Assembly (NCBI GenBank): GCA_964016885.1
Contig: OZ024740.1
Span: 85,870,001-85,934,000 of the forward strand
DNA: 64,000 bases
DNA from: Eledone cirrhosa
Lineage: Eukaryota
Direction of reading: 5' to 3'
The notes under the pieces are model-generated. The model was given only the letters and a program-made list of their open reading frames with translations. It searched no databases and was not told the DNA's origin. The translations under genes were made by a program, and so were the position numbers. Of this stretch, positions 14,599-27,919 are shown one piece after another. How positions within the stretch are numbered: the first letter of the stretch is position 1; every line of letters begins with the position of its first letter.

Positions 14599-14826
14599 TT
14601 TAGCAGTATTAGTTGTAGATGTTATCGAGATGCAAGTGACATAATAACAGCAGAAATTAGAGATGAAATATACGTTTATTTTTTGTTGTAGCACAAACAA
14701 TGGTGTTGTACAGAGGCTGGTATCTGGCGTGTGATCCGTCGGCTTTCCAGTGGCTGTCTGTCTTTTCTTTCTCTGGCGTTCTCAACCGGCGTTGTTCTAT
14801 CAAGGAGCGTGAGGCGTCTTACTACA
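14599..14826 (-). repeat. 5' LTR
   Basis: Direct repeat of 9316-9543, adjacent to the PBS. Confidence 0.95.
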
Positions 14827-15076
14827 CCTTTGCTCACTATAAAAGCTTCACGGCACAGGCATTGCTTTATATCTGGAGATCTCTCTGCACTTGTCGTCAC
14901 ATGGTACCATGGGCCCAGCACTATGTGTCAATAATTGTCACTAGTGTAGTGTCTGTACCAGAGTTTTCAAGTCGCTGGCTGGACTAAAAAGTCACACTCG
15001 TTCAGCGCATCGATAGGGGTTCTCCTACATGGATATAAAGTAGTGGCCGTACTCGAAAACGAGTTGGCAGCCACCA
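14827..15076 (+). mobile_element. 3' part of the RTE-derived host element, including the 97-bp duplicated target
   Basis: 14827-14923 equals 9219-9315. The remainder matches 6363-6515 in reverse and ends in (TATG)n. Confidence 0.85.
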
Positions 15077-15142
15077 TGTATGCATGTATGTATGTATGTA
15101 TGTATGTATGTATGTATGTATGTATGTATGTATGTATGTATG

Positions 15143-15290
15143 TTCTTCTGGTTTTATAATTCTATAAATTTTTACCAATAGAGAGGAAGTCGGTTTATAC
15201 CATAGATACAAGACTCTCTCATGGAATTTACACAACATTAACTAGGTAGATATGTCTGCATGCATTAACTAGGTAGATATGTCTAACATT
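15143..15290 (-). repeat. Dispersed repeat matching the sequence at the 3' side of the R4/Dong-like fragment at 24030-24150
   Basis: Shared ttcttctggttttataat...ggaatttacacaacat.aactaggtagat next to (TATG)n. Confidence 0.6.
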
Positions 15291-15552
15291 GCGACACCAC
15301 ACTAATATATTTCACTATCATTTGATAATGCATAAAAATGCTGAAACCGGTAATAGACAATAATTAAATAGATAAATAGATAAATAAATGCCATTATTAA
15401 ATAATAAATAAATCAACTAATATCTTAACACTTCACACAAAGTAAAACATTTCGTTTTAATCATTTTCTAACCCAGAAAAGAGAGAGAGAGAAACAAAAA
15501 AGGAAAAAAAAAATTTTTTCTTCCTAATAATCGTCTCTTTCTCCCTGTTTTC

Positions 15553-15710
<158 letters not shown>

Positions 15711-15895
15711 GAAAATAAAATTAATGTAAACAAAACGCCAACAATAATTCAGGTATATAAGTGACTATACCATCAAGACGAAAAATATTTAATGTAAGAT
15801 GAGGGAAAAAGTAACACAATCTTAATTCAAAACAAATCAAGAAGAAAAAACCTTTCATTAAACTTTGTCCGTCAATTTGTGGAAAAACTACAAAT

Positions 15896-15976
15896 GCACT
15901 ATATAGTCTTTAAAAGACCATTTCACGAAACTTTTCAGTGGGGTTAGTCACGGTTGGAGTCGATCTTCAGTAATAC
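15896..15976 (-). ncRNA. Type I hammerhead ribozyme with full stem III
   Basis: gtatta-CTGAAGA-t-cga...tcg-t-GAAA-tggtcttttaaagacta-TA-tagtgc. Stem I 6 bp (2 GU), stem III about 8 bp, stem II weak with a long loop. Confidence 0.62.
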
Positions 15977-16303
15977 TCAACACATTAACTAAAACCACTG
16001 CTAAAATACCGACCCTCTAGCGATACTGCCAATCCACCGCCCTTCGATAAAATCGATAAAATAATAATACACCAGACAAGTACTGGATTTGATACAGCCG
16101 ATTATTCTCTTTCTGAATATTTCTGGCCGTAAGCCTATGTTAGAAATTATTATATGTCTATCATTCATGGATTCTGAACTGCCGATGGAATTGTATGTCC
16201 ATTGGAGTGACATACAGTGTGTCTTGATCAATTTAAACACGCAAGAAGTTATCCTTCTCCAGGGCTGAACTCAGGTAAATTTACGTATAAATAATATATA
16301 TCA

Positions 16304-16351
<48 letters not shown>

Positions 16352-16352
16352 G

Positions 16353-16393
<41 letters not shown>

Positions 16394-16427
16394 CTCTCTA
16401 TATATATTTATGTGAGTGTTTGTGTGT

Positions 16428-16540
<113 letters not shown>

Positions 16541-16651
16541 TATATTTTGTACTCCTGAAAAAGGCTAAAGCTCGACACGTCGAACTTTCCCCTTTTTCAT
16601 ATAAAGCGTGAAACTACTGAGACATTTTGAATTCCTTTTGTCGTTTCCTTG

Positions 16652-16718
<67 letters not shown>

Positions 16719-16732
16719 TGTATGTATATATG

Positions 16733-16804
<72 letters not shown>

Positions 16805-16811
<7 letters not shown>

Positions 16812-17549
16812 CGTAAAATAAGAAAATTATAAAAATTAACTTACTTACTAAAATTTCACTCCAAGTAAGTTAATTTTTATAATTTTCTTATTTTACGTCT
16901 TTCATATAATTGTTCTGCATCCCCTTGTATTGAACCACAAAGTTACTAAGACAAAACCTATATATTTGCCAGCATAGGTATGCATCCGTATATATATGTT
17001 GGTAGATATACTAATTCTTTATAATTATCTCCAAATTATTTTGTTGAGCAAAAATTTGCCAAAACTACTACTATGGTTCATAGTAATAGTCAGGCTACTG
17101 TCTTATTAGCACCCCACTCCTCACTGATTGACCTCGATGTCACGTGATTGATTCTTTTGAATTTGCCACCGACCAGTAGGCAGTGATTTTTTCAATGTCC
17201 TGGAATTTAGTCCTCGCTTGCTTTTTTCCATCCACTGAATTATTTTTGTATAAGTTCCCTGTGTCCACGCATTGCCTGGGAACTTAGCTGAGAATAGACC
17301 TCCCTGATGACGAAAGGATTTTTCTCCATGTTGTTCCATTCGGAAACCATGTTTATTCCCTTTCAGAAACTAATTAGTTGGAGTGAAATTTTAGTAAGTA
17401 AGTTAATTTTTATAATTTTCTTATTTCACGTCTTTCATATAATTGTTCTGCATCCCCTTGCATTGAACCACAAAGTTACTAAGACAAAAACTATATATTT
17501 GCCAGCATAGGTATGCATCTGTATATATATGTTGGTAGATATACTAATT

Positions 17550-17553
<4 letters not shown>
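16805..17553 (+). mobile_element. ORF-less partial-tandem element (533-bp unit) with short 5' inversion and hammerhead (retrozyme or non-autonomous PLE-like)
   Basis: 16864-17020 is repeated at 17397-17553. 16805-16863 is an inverted copy of 17379-17437. Flanked by (TA)n. Confidence 0.85.
17300..17383 (+). ncRNA. Type I hammerhead ribozyme with extended stem II
   Basis: ctcc-CTGATGA-c-GAAAGG...CCTTTC-a-GAAAC-taatta-GTT-ggag, with palindromic AACTAATTAGTT. Confidence 0.8.
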
Positions 17554-17607
<54 letters not shown>

Positions 17608-18659
17608 TATATAAACGGAAAAGATAAAATTTCATTTCTCATTCTTAGTACGGCTGTTACTTAAATATAAATATGTATACGTACATACATATATGTATAC
17701 AGACGTACAGTAGTATGTATATATAAATACATACATGCACACATATATATGTACGTATGGATTCACCGAACATTTATTATAATGCTCGGTGTGTTTGTAA
17801 ACAAACATCCCGAATTATGTATACGTACATCGATTGTGGGGCCCGCAGGGGCAGGTAGCCCCCTTAAGCCTCTCCCTTCGACTTATCTATTGAAGTTCAC
17901 ATTAACACTGTATTAGTACCTGATAACTATTGAAGTTTACGTTCGATCTTCGTTTTCACTTTCAAAACAACAATCATCGTCGGATGAAATTTCAGAAAGT
18001 TAAACATCTGATTCATTTGAAGATAAATCACTAATATTATATTTTGTTTCTTGTTCATTTTGAATGTCGTCGTGTGTAAAAACTTGAAAGTCGGTATCGC
18101 TACTTTCACAAGCCATGTCGATACAAACAAAAAATCTGTTCTACTTTCAACGTTAAAAAAATATGTATTGTTTTAAGTTGTTTCACTATATTAAGTGGTA
18201 ATTTTCGTGGTCAGGCTCTAATCTCGCAGTAATCTGAGAATTGACGAGATCTTGATGACGGTATTGTTTATTTTTAGAACGATATTTAAGTGTGGGTGTT
18301 ACGGCGGTTTTGGGCGGTTTGAACAAATGAAGGGGAAATAATTTCGGCCGGTTTGAACACTAAAGGGTTAAATGAGGTTTAGTTAATGTGTTTATGGTCA
18401 TAAGGTTCCAGTTTATCATGCTGTTAGTTTTTCGGCCATTTTTGCCTGTATCCTTTCAAGGGTTAGTTCTTACTTTGCATTGCTCCTAACTTAAAACCTG
18501 AAATTTGACTGGTACACAAAATCTTGCAAAACATACCCACTTTCTCAGACCACGTAGATTTATCACATTTTTTCACAATTTATATCAGTTTTTTTTTTGC
18601 TTAATTAAACGTTATTTGTCCACTATTTATCGTTCTCCCTGGTTAATTTTCTAAAAACA

Positions 18660-21600
18660 ATGTTCCCAAGAAAAGAACTCTCATTGGTCGATTATCTAAT
18701 GATGCAAGTAGGTCTAAGCGAAGGCGTCTCACCAAAGATGTAAATGCGACTGCGATCAGGCTCTAACAGAATGCTATGCAGACGGCAGCTGCAAGAGAGG
18801 AGGAGGATGACTGTCGGCGTGAACTTCGACGGAACAAAAGTGCTGCCGCGACTGCTGCTGCTCGCGCACGAGAGGATGAAGGACGACGTGCCGTTCGACG
18901 AAGCAGGGACGCCACTGCCACTGCTGCTGAACGAAATACTGAAACCATAGAACAATGACGTGACCGACTTCTGCAAAGTGAACAGCGGCGATCATCGTTA
19001 CATGGAATTTCTAGGACTTGCAATTCACGATGGTTGTTGAAGGCCTTTAGCTACGACTCCTCCTCCGACTACGCCGTCCATGCAGATATTCAAATTGGGG
19101 AAATGACCTCTACTTGCCACTTTTGTCGTACGAAAATGTGGCCAGCGGAGACATCGAATGTGCTGTTCAAACGGTAAAGTTAGACTACCTCCTATTCACG
19201 ACCCTCCAGAGACATTGCAACTCCTTTTGACAGACACAACGGAGGAATGATCGAAGTTTCTGCGTAATATCCGCCGCTACAATTCCGCGTTTCAGATGAC
19301 ATCCTTAGGAACGTGGGTTCATGACAACTTTCAAGGTCCAGGGGCAGATCTACCACTTGATTGGTTCTATTCAGCCTCTGGCAGAAAAGGATCCTCAATT
19401 TCTTCAGTTATACTTCGTTGGAAACTATCAGGAGCAGGCAGAGAGGCGAAACTCTATTTCGTCCGAAACTAACATTGGAACCATAATAAAACTTCAAGAA
19501 ATGCTTCATGACAAAAACAGCTATGTTCGCAGTTTCAAGTACGCTTTAGAAACAGCCACCGACGAAAACTTTAGTGTGGTCATACATGCTGACCGAAGGA
19601 CATCTGGAGAACACGCTGGTCGGTTCAACGCACCAACATGTAATGAGATTGCTGCAGTTATTTGTGGTGAACAGCACAACAAGAGATATATCATTCTAAA
19701 GCACCGAGACAGCACATTACAGCGTATCAATGAGATACACAGGTCCTACGATGCACTCCAATCAACGCTATTTGTCAACGGCGAAGACGATACCATTTCG
19801 GCATTCCTCAACATTCGGCAGGCAATGGTGAGGCACATCTTAGGAAAACTGTCGCCTGCATGGATTTCTACGCTTTCCGATTTATGGTAAGGGACAATTC
19901 TCGGGACCTTTTCCAACAATTTGCTGTTGATATGGCCGTTAAAATGGAGTCCGAGAGATTATGGTTCATTAAATAAAATAAAAGAAACTTCGATCTGAAT
20001 GCTACATTCATCTACGCGATGGAATTAACAACGACGTATCCCCAGACAATTTAGGGCAAGTGTGTATTTTGCCTTCAACGTTCACAGGGGGACCCCGATA
20101 CATGCACGAGAGGACTCAGGACGCCATGACTTAAGTACGACATTATGGGCGCCCCGACCTTTTCATAACGTTTACATGCAATCCCAAGTGGAAGGAGATT
20201 CAACCGAACTGTTCCACGGTCAAGCGCCAAGACACAGGCACGATCTCATAGCAAGAGTGTTTCGCCTGAAATTATCCAAATTAATGGATTTATTAAAGAA
20301 AAAACAGGTTTTGGGCCTGTCAGGTGCGACATGTACACGGTTGAATAGCAGAAACGAGGGCTGCGGCATGCCCATATCTTGATTTTGTTGGTTACAAAAA
20401 TCAGTTCAAACTACATCGACAAATTCATTTCTGCCGAACTACCTGATCTGTCGATTGACAAGGACCTCTTCTATATAGTCACAGTAAACATGGTCCATGG
20501 TCCTTGCGGACATGGACTCAATATGAAGTCCCCGTGCATATACGACGGAAAGTGTACAAAACGACATCCCAGACCGTTTGTACAGGAAACACAGACTGGC
20601 GGTGACGGATATCCGTTGTATAGGCGCAGGAGACCTGAAGACGGTGGGTTCACAGCAAAAGTTGGTGAACGCGAAATAGACAACAGCTGGATAGTGCCAT
20701 ATTGCACCCTCCCTTTGAAAGCGTTCAACGCCCATATAAACGTCGAATTTTGCAACTCAGTAAAATCAATTAAATACGTTTGTAAGTACGTAAACAAGGG
20801 ATCGGATGCTGCCATCTTTGTTCTTCGTTATGAAAACAGTAGAGACGTGGTATCTGACTACCAAGCAGGCCGATACATTAGCAGCAATGAAGCCTTTTGG
20901 TGCGTGTTTAGCTTCCCACTGCACCAACGACACCCCGTCCTTAAACAACTTGCCGTTCACCTTGAAAACGGTCAACGGGTGTATTTCAATGATGCAACAG
21001 CTGCTCAGCTAGCGATCTCACAGCTTTTTAAAAACTTTGTCAACACGACGACTTCGCTCGAACTCTGCTGTATTCTGAAATACCGTCTTACTATACATGG
21101 AACCGGACACAATGACTACGAAGGAAGGTAGGGCAAGAGGTGGTTGGACATCCAGGCATCAAATTCGACAATTGCCTTGGGCTAGTTTATACGGTCCACC
21201 CTACCCAACACGAATGCTTCTACCTGCGACTTCTGCTTCATGAGGTAAGAGGGCCGACTAGCTTCTCATCTGAGAACTGTCGATGGATACGCCTGCGGAA
21301 CGTACAGGGAAGCCTGCTTGAGGCGTGGACTTTTAGAAGATGACGCACAATGGGATGCAACCTTGACAGAAGCTGCCATCTCACAATCATCCAGTAGTCT
21401 AAGAGCACTTTTTGCTATCCTCTTGCACGTCTGTGAATTGAGCGATCTTTACTCTTTATGGCAAAAGCTTAAAGATGATTTCGCAGACGAATATAGGCGT
21501 CTCGCTCAATTGCAATCTCAAAACATAGATGTCGGCTTTTCAGACGCTATATATTACAGAGCTGTGATCAATATAGAAGACAGAGTGGCTTCAATGGGCG

Positions 21601-23102
21601 GAGATGTCTTGGATAAATATGGGCTTCCGCAAACACTTCGAAATGCGCCATCTGACATTCCAAACGACATTACACGTGAAACGTCATATGATGTCGACGA
21701 ACTCAAAAGGTTTGTTGAAGAGAATGAACCAAAACTTCTAATGGATCAAAAACAAGCCTACAACATTGTCGTTGTTTCCATCCGTAATCGGGGAGGGGGT
21801 ATATTCTTCCTGGACGCACCTGGGGGCAGGGGTAAAACATTTGTAATCAAAATTTTACTCGCTGCAGTGAGGCAACACGGAAACATCGCATTGGCCGTGG
21901 CTTCTTCCGGCATTGCAGCAACTTTGCTGCCTGGTGGCAGGATGGCCCATTCTGCCTTCATTCTTCCTCTCAACGTGGCATCATCTGAGACACCCACGTG
22001 CATCATCAGCAAGTCTTCCGTAAAAGCGCTGGTATTAAAGCGCTGCCTACTAATTGTTTGGGACGAATGCACAATGGCCCACAGGGCGGCTTTCGAGGCA
22101 TTAGACCGATCACTCAGAGACACCAGGGACTGTCAAGAACCAATGGGAGGTGTCACTTTCCTGTTATCTGGGGACTTCCGACAGACTCTGCCTGTAATCA
22201 CAAAAGGTACGCGGGCTGATGAGGTTGGTGCATGCCTTAAAGCCTCCCCACTTTGGCGTTATGTAAGAAAGCTGACGCTTACAACAAACATGAGAGCACA
22301 ACTGCAAGGTGATGAGACATCAGCTGGTATTGCTGCTGCCATATTGTTGTTGGGAGATGGCAAAGTCCCACTCGACGGAGATGGTACAGCGGATCTCACA
22401 AGGATTTGCAGATGTGTTAAGTCAATTGCTGAGTTACGGACGTCTGTTTTTCCTAATCTTGAGGAGAACTACACAAATCAAGAGTGGTTGTGTGAACGTA
22501 CAATATTGGCTTCGAAAAACCACATAGTTGGAAGCATCAATGAACAGCTCATGCTGTGCTTGTCTGGAAACCTGCACGTCTACAAGTCCCTTGACTCTAT
22601 GGCTGATCCGGACGAAATTGTTAATTACCCCACAGAAATTCTTAACTCCCTAGACCCTCCCGGATTGCCACCACACTTACTGCGACTTAAGAAAGGTGCC
22701 CCTGTCATGCTCCCCGGAAATTTGGAATCCCGAAGGCTTTTTAACGGCACGCGTCTGGTCATCCAAAAGGCGATACCTCATGTTATTGAGGCAACAATAC
22801 TTACAGGATGTGGTAAGGGGGATACTGTCTTCTTCATACCAAGGATACCTCTCATTCCATCCGGTAAAGACATTTCTTTCACATTCAGAAGGCTACAATT
22901 CCCTCTCCGACTCAGCTTCGCCATGTCAATTAACAAATCATAGGGTCCGACGCTGACGGTCGTAGGGCTTAATTTAGAAGAACCGTGCTTCTCCCATAGT
23001 CAACTATATGTTGGTTGCCCTCGAATGGGGAGCCGACATAACCTATTTGCTTTTGCAGATCGCGAGAAAACCCAAAATATAGTCTATAAGGAAGTTTTGT
23101 AG
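18660..23102 (+). pseudogene. Helitron RepHel (HUH Rep plus Pif1 helicase) with multiple frameshifts and stops
   Basis: FKVQGQIYH, PQFLQLYF, PDLFITFTCNPKW, QKRGLRHAHI, MVHGPCG, KYVCKYVNKG, DAPGGRGKTF, VWDECTM, GDFRQTLPV, NGTRL, FAMSINKS. Confidence 0.95.
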
Positions 23103-23504
23103 GCAGCCCATCCGCCAACAGGTAATCGCTGTTTTTTTTTTCGTATAAGTGCTTACATTTGCAGTATCCGTGTGCTATTTTTGTCCCTTTGAAAATACCA
23201 CGTACGCCTCTAAGGTTGCTTTTGCTATACGTTATAAATGTTCAATGTCTCCGTTTTCCGAATTTATATGTTGTTATTACGCTTTGCTATCGATGTTCCG
23301 TAGTTTTAATCTAATTAATCTACTTTTCCCTAAATCTTATTTTCACATTTTTTTTACATGCCAGCGTGATCTTGCCAAGGCCATTTTTGTGGCCACCGAC
23401 TGTTACATACATGCTTTTCTAGGTTACAATCTCAAATAACAAGCAAAGCAAATTCGACACACCAAAGTGGTGTGAAGGACTTCTTAAGAGCCACCACCTC
23501 TAAT

Positions 23505-23870
23505 CGGAGTCGTCTTTGCTGACAGCTCTGCCGCTGAGACTTTTAAGAGTGAACGATCCAAGGCCCTGAGAGTTTAAATTGTTACCATCGGATTCATCTT
23601 TGCTGGCAGCACCGCCGCAGAGATATTTCAAAGTGAACGTTAAAAGTTCCTCTTCAGGGGCACCAAGTTTAAATTGTTACCATCGGATTCATCTTTGCTG
23701 GCAGCACCACCGCTGAGATATTTCAAAGTGAACGTTAAAAGCTCCTCTTCAGGGCCACCAACTATAAATTGTTACCATTGGATTCGTCTTTGATGGCAGC
23801 ACCGCCGCAGAGATATTTCAAAGTGAACGTTAAAAGGCCACCTTTAGTGCCAACACCTATAATTGTTACT
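23505..23870 (+). repeat. Subterminal Helitron minisatellite, about four units of 95 bp
   Basis: aaattgttacc recurs at 23576, 23671 and 23766, with diverged flanking units. Confidence 0.9.
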
Positions 23871-24029
23871 TCTATAGTCGTGTTTAACGGAAGTCTTTCG
23901 GTTCATTTGAACGACTACTCCATTGAGAGTTATACCGGCTAACGCCGGGTACCTCTGCTAGTTGCAGATATAAACCTGAAGCTACAATCCATATGATCTT
24001 ACTTAAGTGTATGTATGTATGTATGTATG

Positions 24030-25607
24030 TTCTTCTGGTTTTATAATTTCAGTTTTACCAATAGAGAGAGAGAGAGTCGGTTTCTAACATAGACACAACA
24101 CTCTCTCATTGGAATTTACACAACATCAACTAGGTAGATTATGTATGCACGTCTGCATGCATGCATGTGTAGATATGGATGTTATTGTATGTGTGGATGT
24201 GTATGTTTTGAGTTGTATGTGTGCATGTGTATATGCTTTGTATCTGTACATGTGTATATGCAGTTATTAGATGCAAAATGTTTGGAATGTTTTACATATT
24301 TTTACTGTTCCATTAATGGCCTGTACTTGTAATTTCCTAACTAGTTGTGTTCCTGTGAAGCCTAGCTTCTCAAGATTTGTATTGAGGCAGTTACTAACAT
24401 ATCCCAGTGCCCCAATAACCACAGGCATAAATCTGAAGGTGTAATCAGGGTGGAGTATCTGCAGATTTTTCATCAGTTCTGCATAAATATTCTCCTTTTC
24501 GCTAATCTTTGATATTATATTGGCATCTGTTGGGCAACTAACTTCTACTACTGTGCATGCTTTCTTCTCCATGTCCCATATCATAATATCTGGTCTGTTA
24601 TGCCTGCATTTTATTGGGGTTTTTACTGGAACATTCCACCAGTACTCTTTCATATTATGTATATGGATGTCTTCCACATTGCTGTAGCTTTTAATGTGTA
24701 TATTATCGGGGCTATCTTTTCTACGGATTGCATTGTACAGTGTTTTGGCCACTACATCATGCCTCATGGGTAGATAGCACCGCGATGTTATCTTTGGACA
24801 GCTGCTGATGACATGGGTGAGATCTTCGATGTTAATTCTGCAGAGTCTGCCATTGTTATCACATCTAGGTGTTTTGCCTGCATCCCTATCTCTTTTGTGA
24901 ATCAGGTATTTCGTGCTAATCTCCTGTTCTTAGATTGCAAAAGCGTATCCTTCAAAGTGGGAGCCAATATAGCAGTTGTTGGTCCAAGATAGACTACTTT
25001 CCTTATCTATATTACTTTCACTCTGGAGCATCCTGGCAACGTATCCATGCATGATTTTTTGCTGATAAGCATGCAGTTTTTCATCCATGGATTCACTGCG
25101 ATACTGCTGAGCGACTTCCCTGGGTGTGAGTTTTTGATTATCACACAGGGAATATCTTCCGAGGAGTTCCTTCCCAACTCTCATGATCTTATCTGTTTCA
25201 TGCAGATAGACTTGCTCGAGAGACGGGCTCCTACGCTTCGAGGTTCGTAGATGTCGGAGGGATATAATGCGACATTCAAATGCTGTCTGGACTGATGTTA
25301 GGCCTCTGCCTCCCTGCCTACGTTTCAAGTAAAGGCGGTCTATGTCAATGTTGATGTGGGGTTTCCAGTGTTGTTTAGTATTTTTCAATTTCTAACATCA
25401 ACTGCTCGGATTTTGTCTATCGTCCAATTGAGTATTCCAAACATTGGTATTAGGACAGGTACAGCAAACACATTGTGAGCCACTGTTTTGTTTTGCGCAG
25501 AGAGTTCCGATGACCAAATCTTTCTTAATCGGGTGTAGTATTCCCTGGTTACCCGTTCTTTATTACAGATACCATTATAGGATATGTTCTCATCTATCCC
25601 CAGATGA
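24030..25607 (-). mobile_element. 5'-truncated R4/Dong-type (REL endonuclease) LINE fragment
   Basis: DIDRLYLKRRQGGRGL, CRLC, RHD, RPDI and EVSCP motifs; frameshifted. Confidence 0.88.
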
Positions 25608-26271
25608 GAACACACATATATATATATATAGATGGAAAACGAAAAATTAGTGATGCATCGGAACTCAATTTATTGTGTGTTACAATTGTTTCCCCGACGA
25701 ACAGCTTGAGGTGCGATCCGTGTGTGGATCTACCTGACTCTAGACTCTCAGGTTCCTCGGACACGTCTATTGATTTCGGATCATATCCTCTTTCTGGGGT
25801 TTTCTGGCCCTACAAACACATATCGTCCACCTACATCCGCTTTGCGCGTCCTTGGGTTGGTCACTGGTTAGTGACGTCAACATTATTCTGACCACTTGTA
25901 GCAGCCCGCTGACCGCCAGGGCGTGAGCTGTCACTCACCCACAGCCCCGTCTGCCTAATTACTGCTGTTTGTCAGCTCACACACATACACACACTTACAC
26001 ACACAGATACTGACAGATACATACAGAGTAGCTTATGTATTACGTTCACACACAGATATAGTCACACAAATATACGCATACATGCACACAGAGAGGCACA
26101 CACGCACACACGCGCGTATACACAGACACACACACATACACGCATATATACACACACGTACGCATCCTTACGTACACATACACATAGACTCACAGATATA
26201 TATACACATACATACATTTACGTATACACATCTGCACATCTGCACATACATATGCATACATACACACATAC

Positions 26272-26304
<33 letters not shown>

Positions 26305-26353
26305 TGCCCACACACACGTATACACACATACGTCTACATACATGTATACATAA

Positions 26354-26519
<166 letters not shown>

Positions 26520-26524
26520 GCACA

Positions 26525-27134
26525 CATATACCCTAATAGATTTTCCCCCCTGCACGTGTGCACACCGACTCGCACATATATTCTTACACATATGTATATA
26601 TCTATGTACACACATCTACACATAAAAAAATATACAAAAAATACATGTAAGAAAAGTATATAAAGATACACATTGGGTTGTACATGCAGACGGAGTTGAT
26701 ATTATGCTGCCAACGTGGATAAACCCGCGCATAGACACCCCAAGCAAGGCTACATATGGGGAGTTCATGGTATTAACGTAAAGGGTATGCCCTCACCGTA
26801 TATAGGACGGCGGACCTTATATGGGACTTGAAAGACAACGGCACCACGTATGATCTCAACTGGAGTATCGTTCAACATTCAAATGCATATTCGGTTGGAA
26901 ACAGGCATACCCTTTACATTAATACCATGAACTCCCCATATGTAGCCTTGCTTGGGGTGTCTATGCGCGTATTTATCCAAAGTGTATCTTTATATGCGTT
27001 TCTTACATGTATTTTTCTATATCTTTTTTATGTGTGTAGATGTGTGTACATACATATATACATATGTGTAAGAATATATGTGCGAGTTTGCGTGTGTGTG
27101 TATGCACACGTGCAGGAGGAAAAATGTATTAGGG

Positions 27135-27141
<7 letters not shown>
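26525..27141. repeat. Inverted repeat (about 240-bp arms) enclosing a PLE endonuclease remnant of about 110 bp
   Basis: 26525-26790 is approximately the reverse complement of 26903-27141. The spacer encodes LKDNGTTYDLNWSIVQHSNAYSVG. Confidence 0.8.
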
Positions 27142-27190
<49 letters not shown>

Positions 27191-27244
27191 TAAAAAAATA
27201 ATGAATAAAACAATGAAACAGTTCCTTATATTAAACAAAAAAAG

Positions 27245-27397
27245 TTCATTATTTAACGATCGTTTCTAGGACATATATGTGTTAGAATTGGTATGCATAT
27301 TCAACAGATCTATGTACAAAATTATACAAAATTATACAAATTATCAAATATAATATACATACCAACACATACATATGCCGTCTTCAGAAATAATGAA
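27245..27397 (-). ncRNA. Type I hammerhead ribozyme with a stem II insertion of about 110 nt
   Basis: ttcattattt-CTGAAGA-c-ggcatatgtatgtgttgg...ctaacacatatatgtc-cta-GAAAC-gatc-GTT-aaataatgaa. Stem I 10 bp; palindromic AACGATCGTT. Confidence 0.78.
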
Positions 27398-27766
27398 ATA
27401 TATTTATTAATAATAACAACAATTCAAAATTACAGGTCTGTTTGGGAACAGAGTTCAAATTGACCAATGAAATACACAAAATATATCAAGAAAAATACAG
27501 CTAGGTGTGTGTATATATGTAAGTAACTTCGCTCACAGATATGCATAAAAATATATGTTCACATGCATACGCATGTCGAAAAAAATGTATGTAAATACAA
27601 AAATTCAGGGCTAATGTCTCTGTATGTTTATAATCTACAGATAAAATACACATACGCATATAAACATATATAGATTCATATATACACACATATATATACG
27701 CACATTCACACACACACGCGCACATACACATAAATATACACATACCCATGAACATACACACACACA

Positions 27767-27809
<43 letters not shown>

Positions 27810-27919
27810 GTATATATTATTATTATAACTATATGGATATTTAGGCACACACATAAACACTGCTACATATATTTTTACATCCAAATGCAGAAGTGGGTAA
27901 GGGGTTCAGTAATAACTAA

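Larger units (their letters stand above)
9316..14826 (-). mobile_element. Full-length Ty3/Gypsy LTR retrotransposon (5.5 kb)
   Basis: Two 228-bp LTRs, a PBS, gag, and pol in PR-RT-RH-IN order. Confidence 0.97.
17886..23961 (+). mobile_element. Helitron (rolling-circle transposon), full length but decayed; 5' end tentative
   Basis: RepHel remnants; 3' hairpin ccggc-taac-gccgg followed by CTAG|T at 23958-23961; candidate A|TC start at 17886. Confidence 0.88.

Noticed and set aside
16248-16281. Possible 12-nt micro-exon (ccttctccag|ggctgaactcag|gtaaat)
   Set aside because: Splice-like motifs alone are common and no partner exons or transcript evidence are available.
17304-17370. SECIS-like reading of the ATGA...GA hairpin
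   Set aside because: The full hammerhead core with stems I and III explains the sequence better, and no UGA-containing ORF lies upstream.
23505-23870. CRISPR-like periodicity
   Set aside because: Whole units repeat with no unique spacers, there are no cas genes, and the context is a eukaryotic Helitron.
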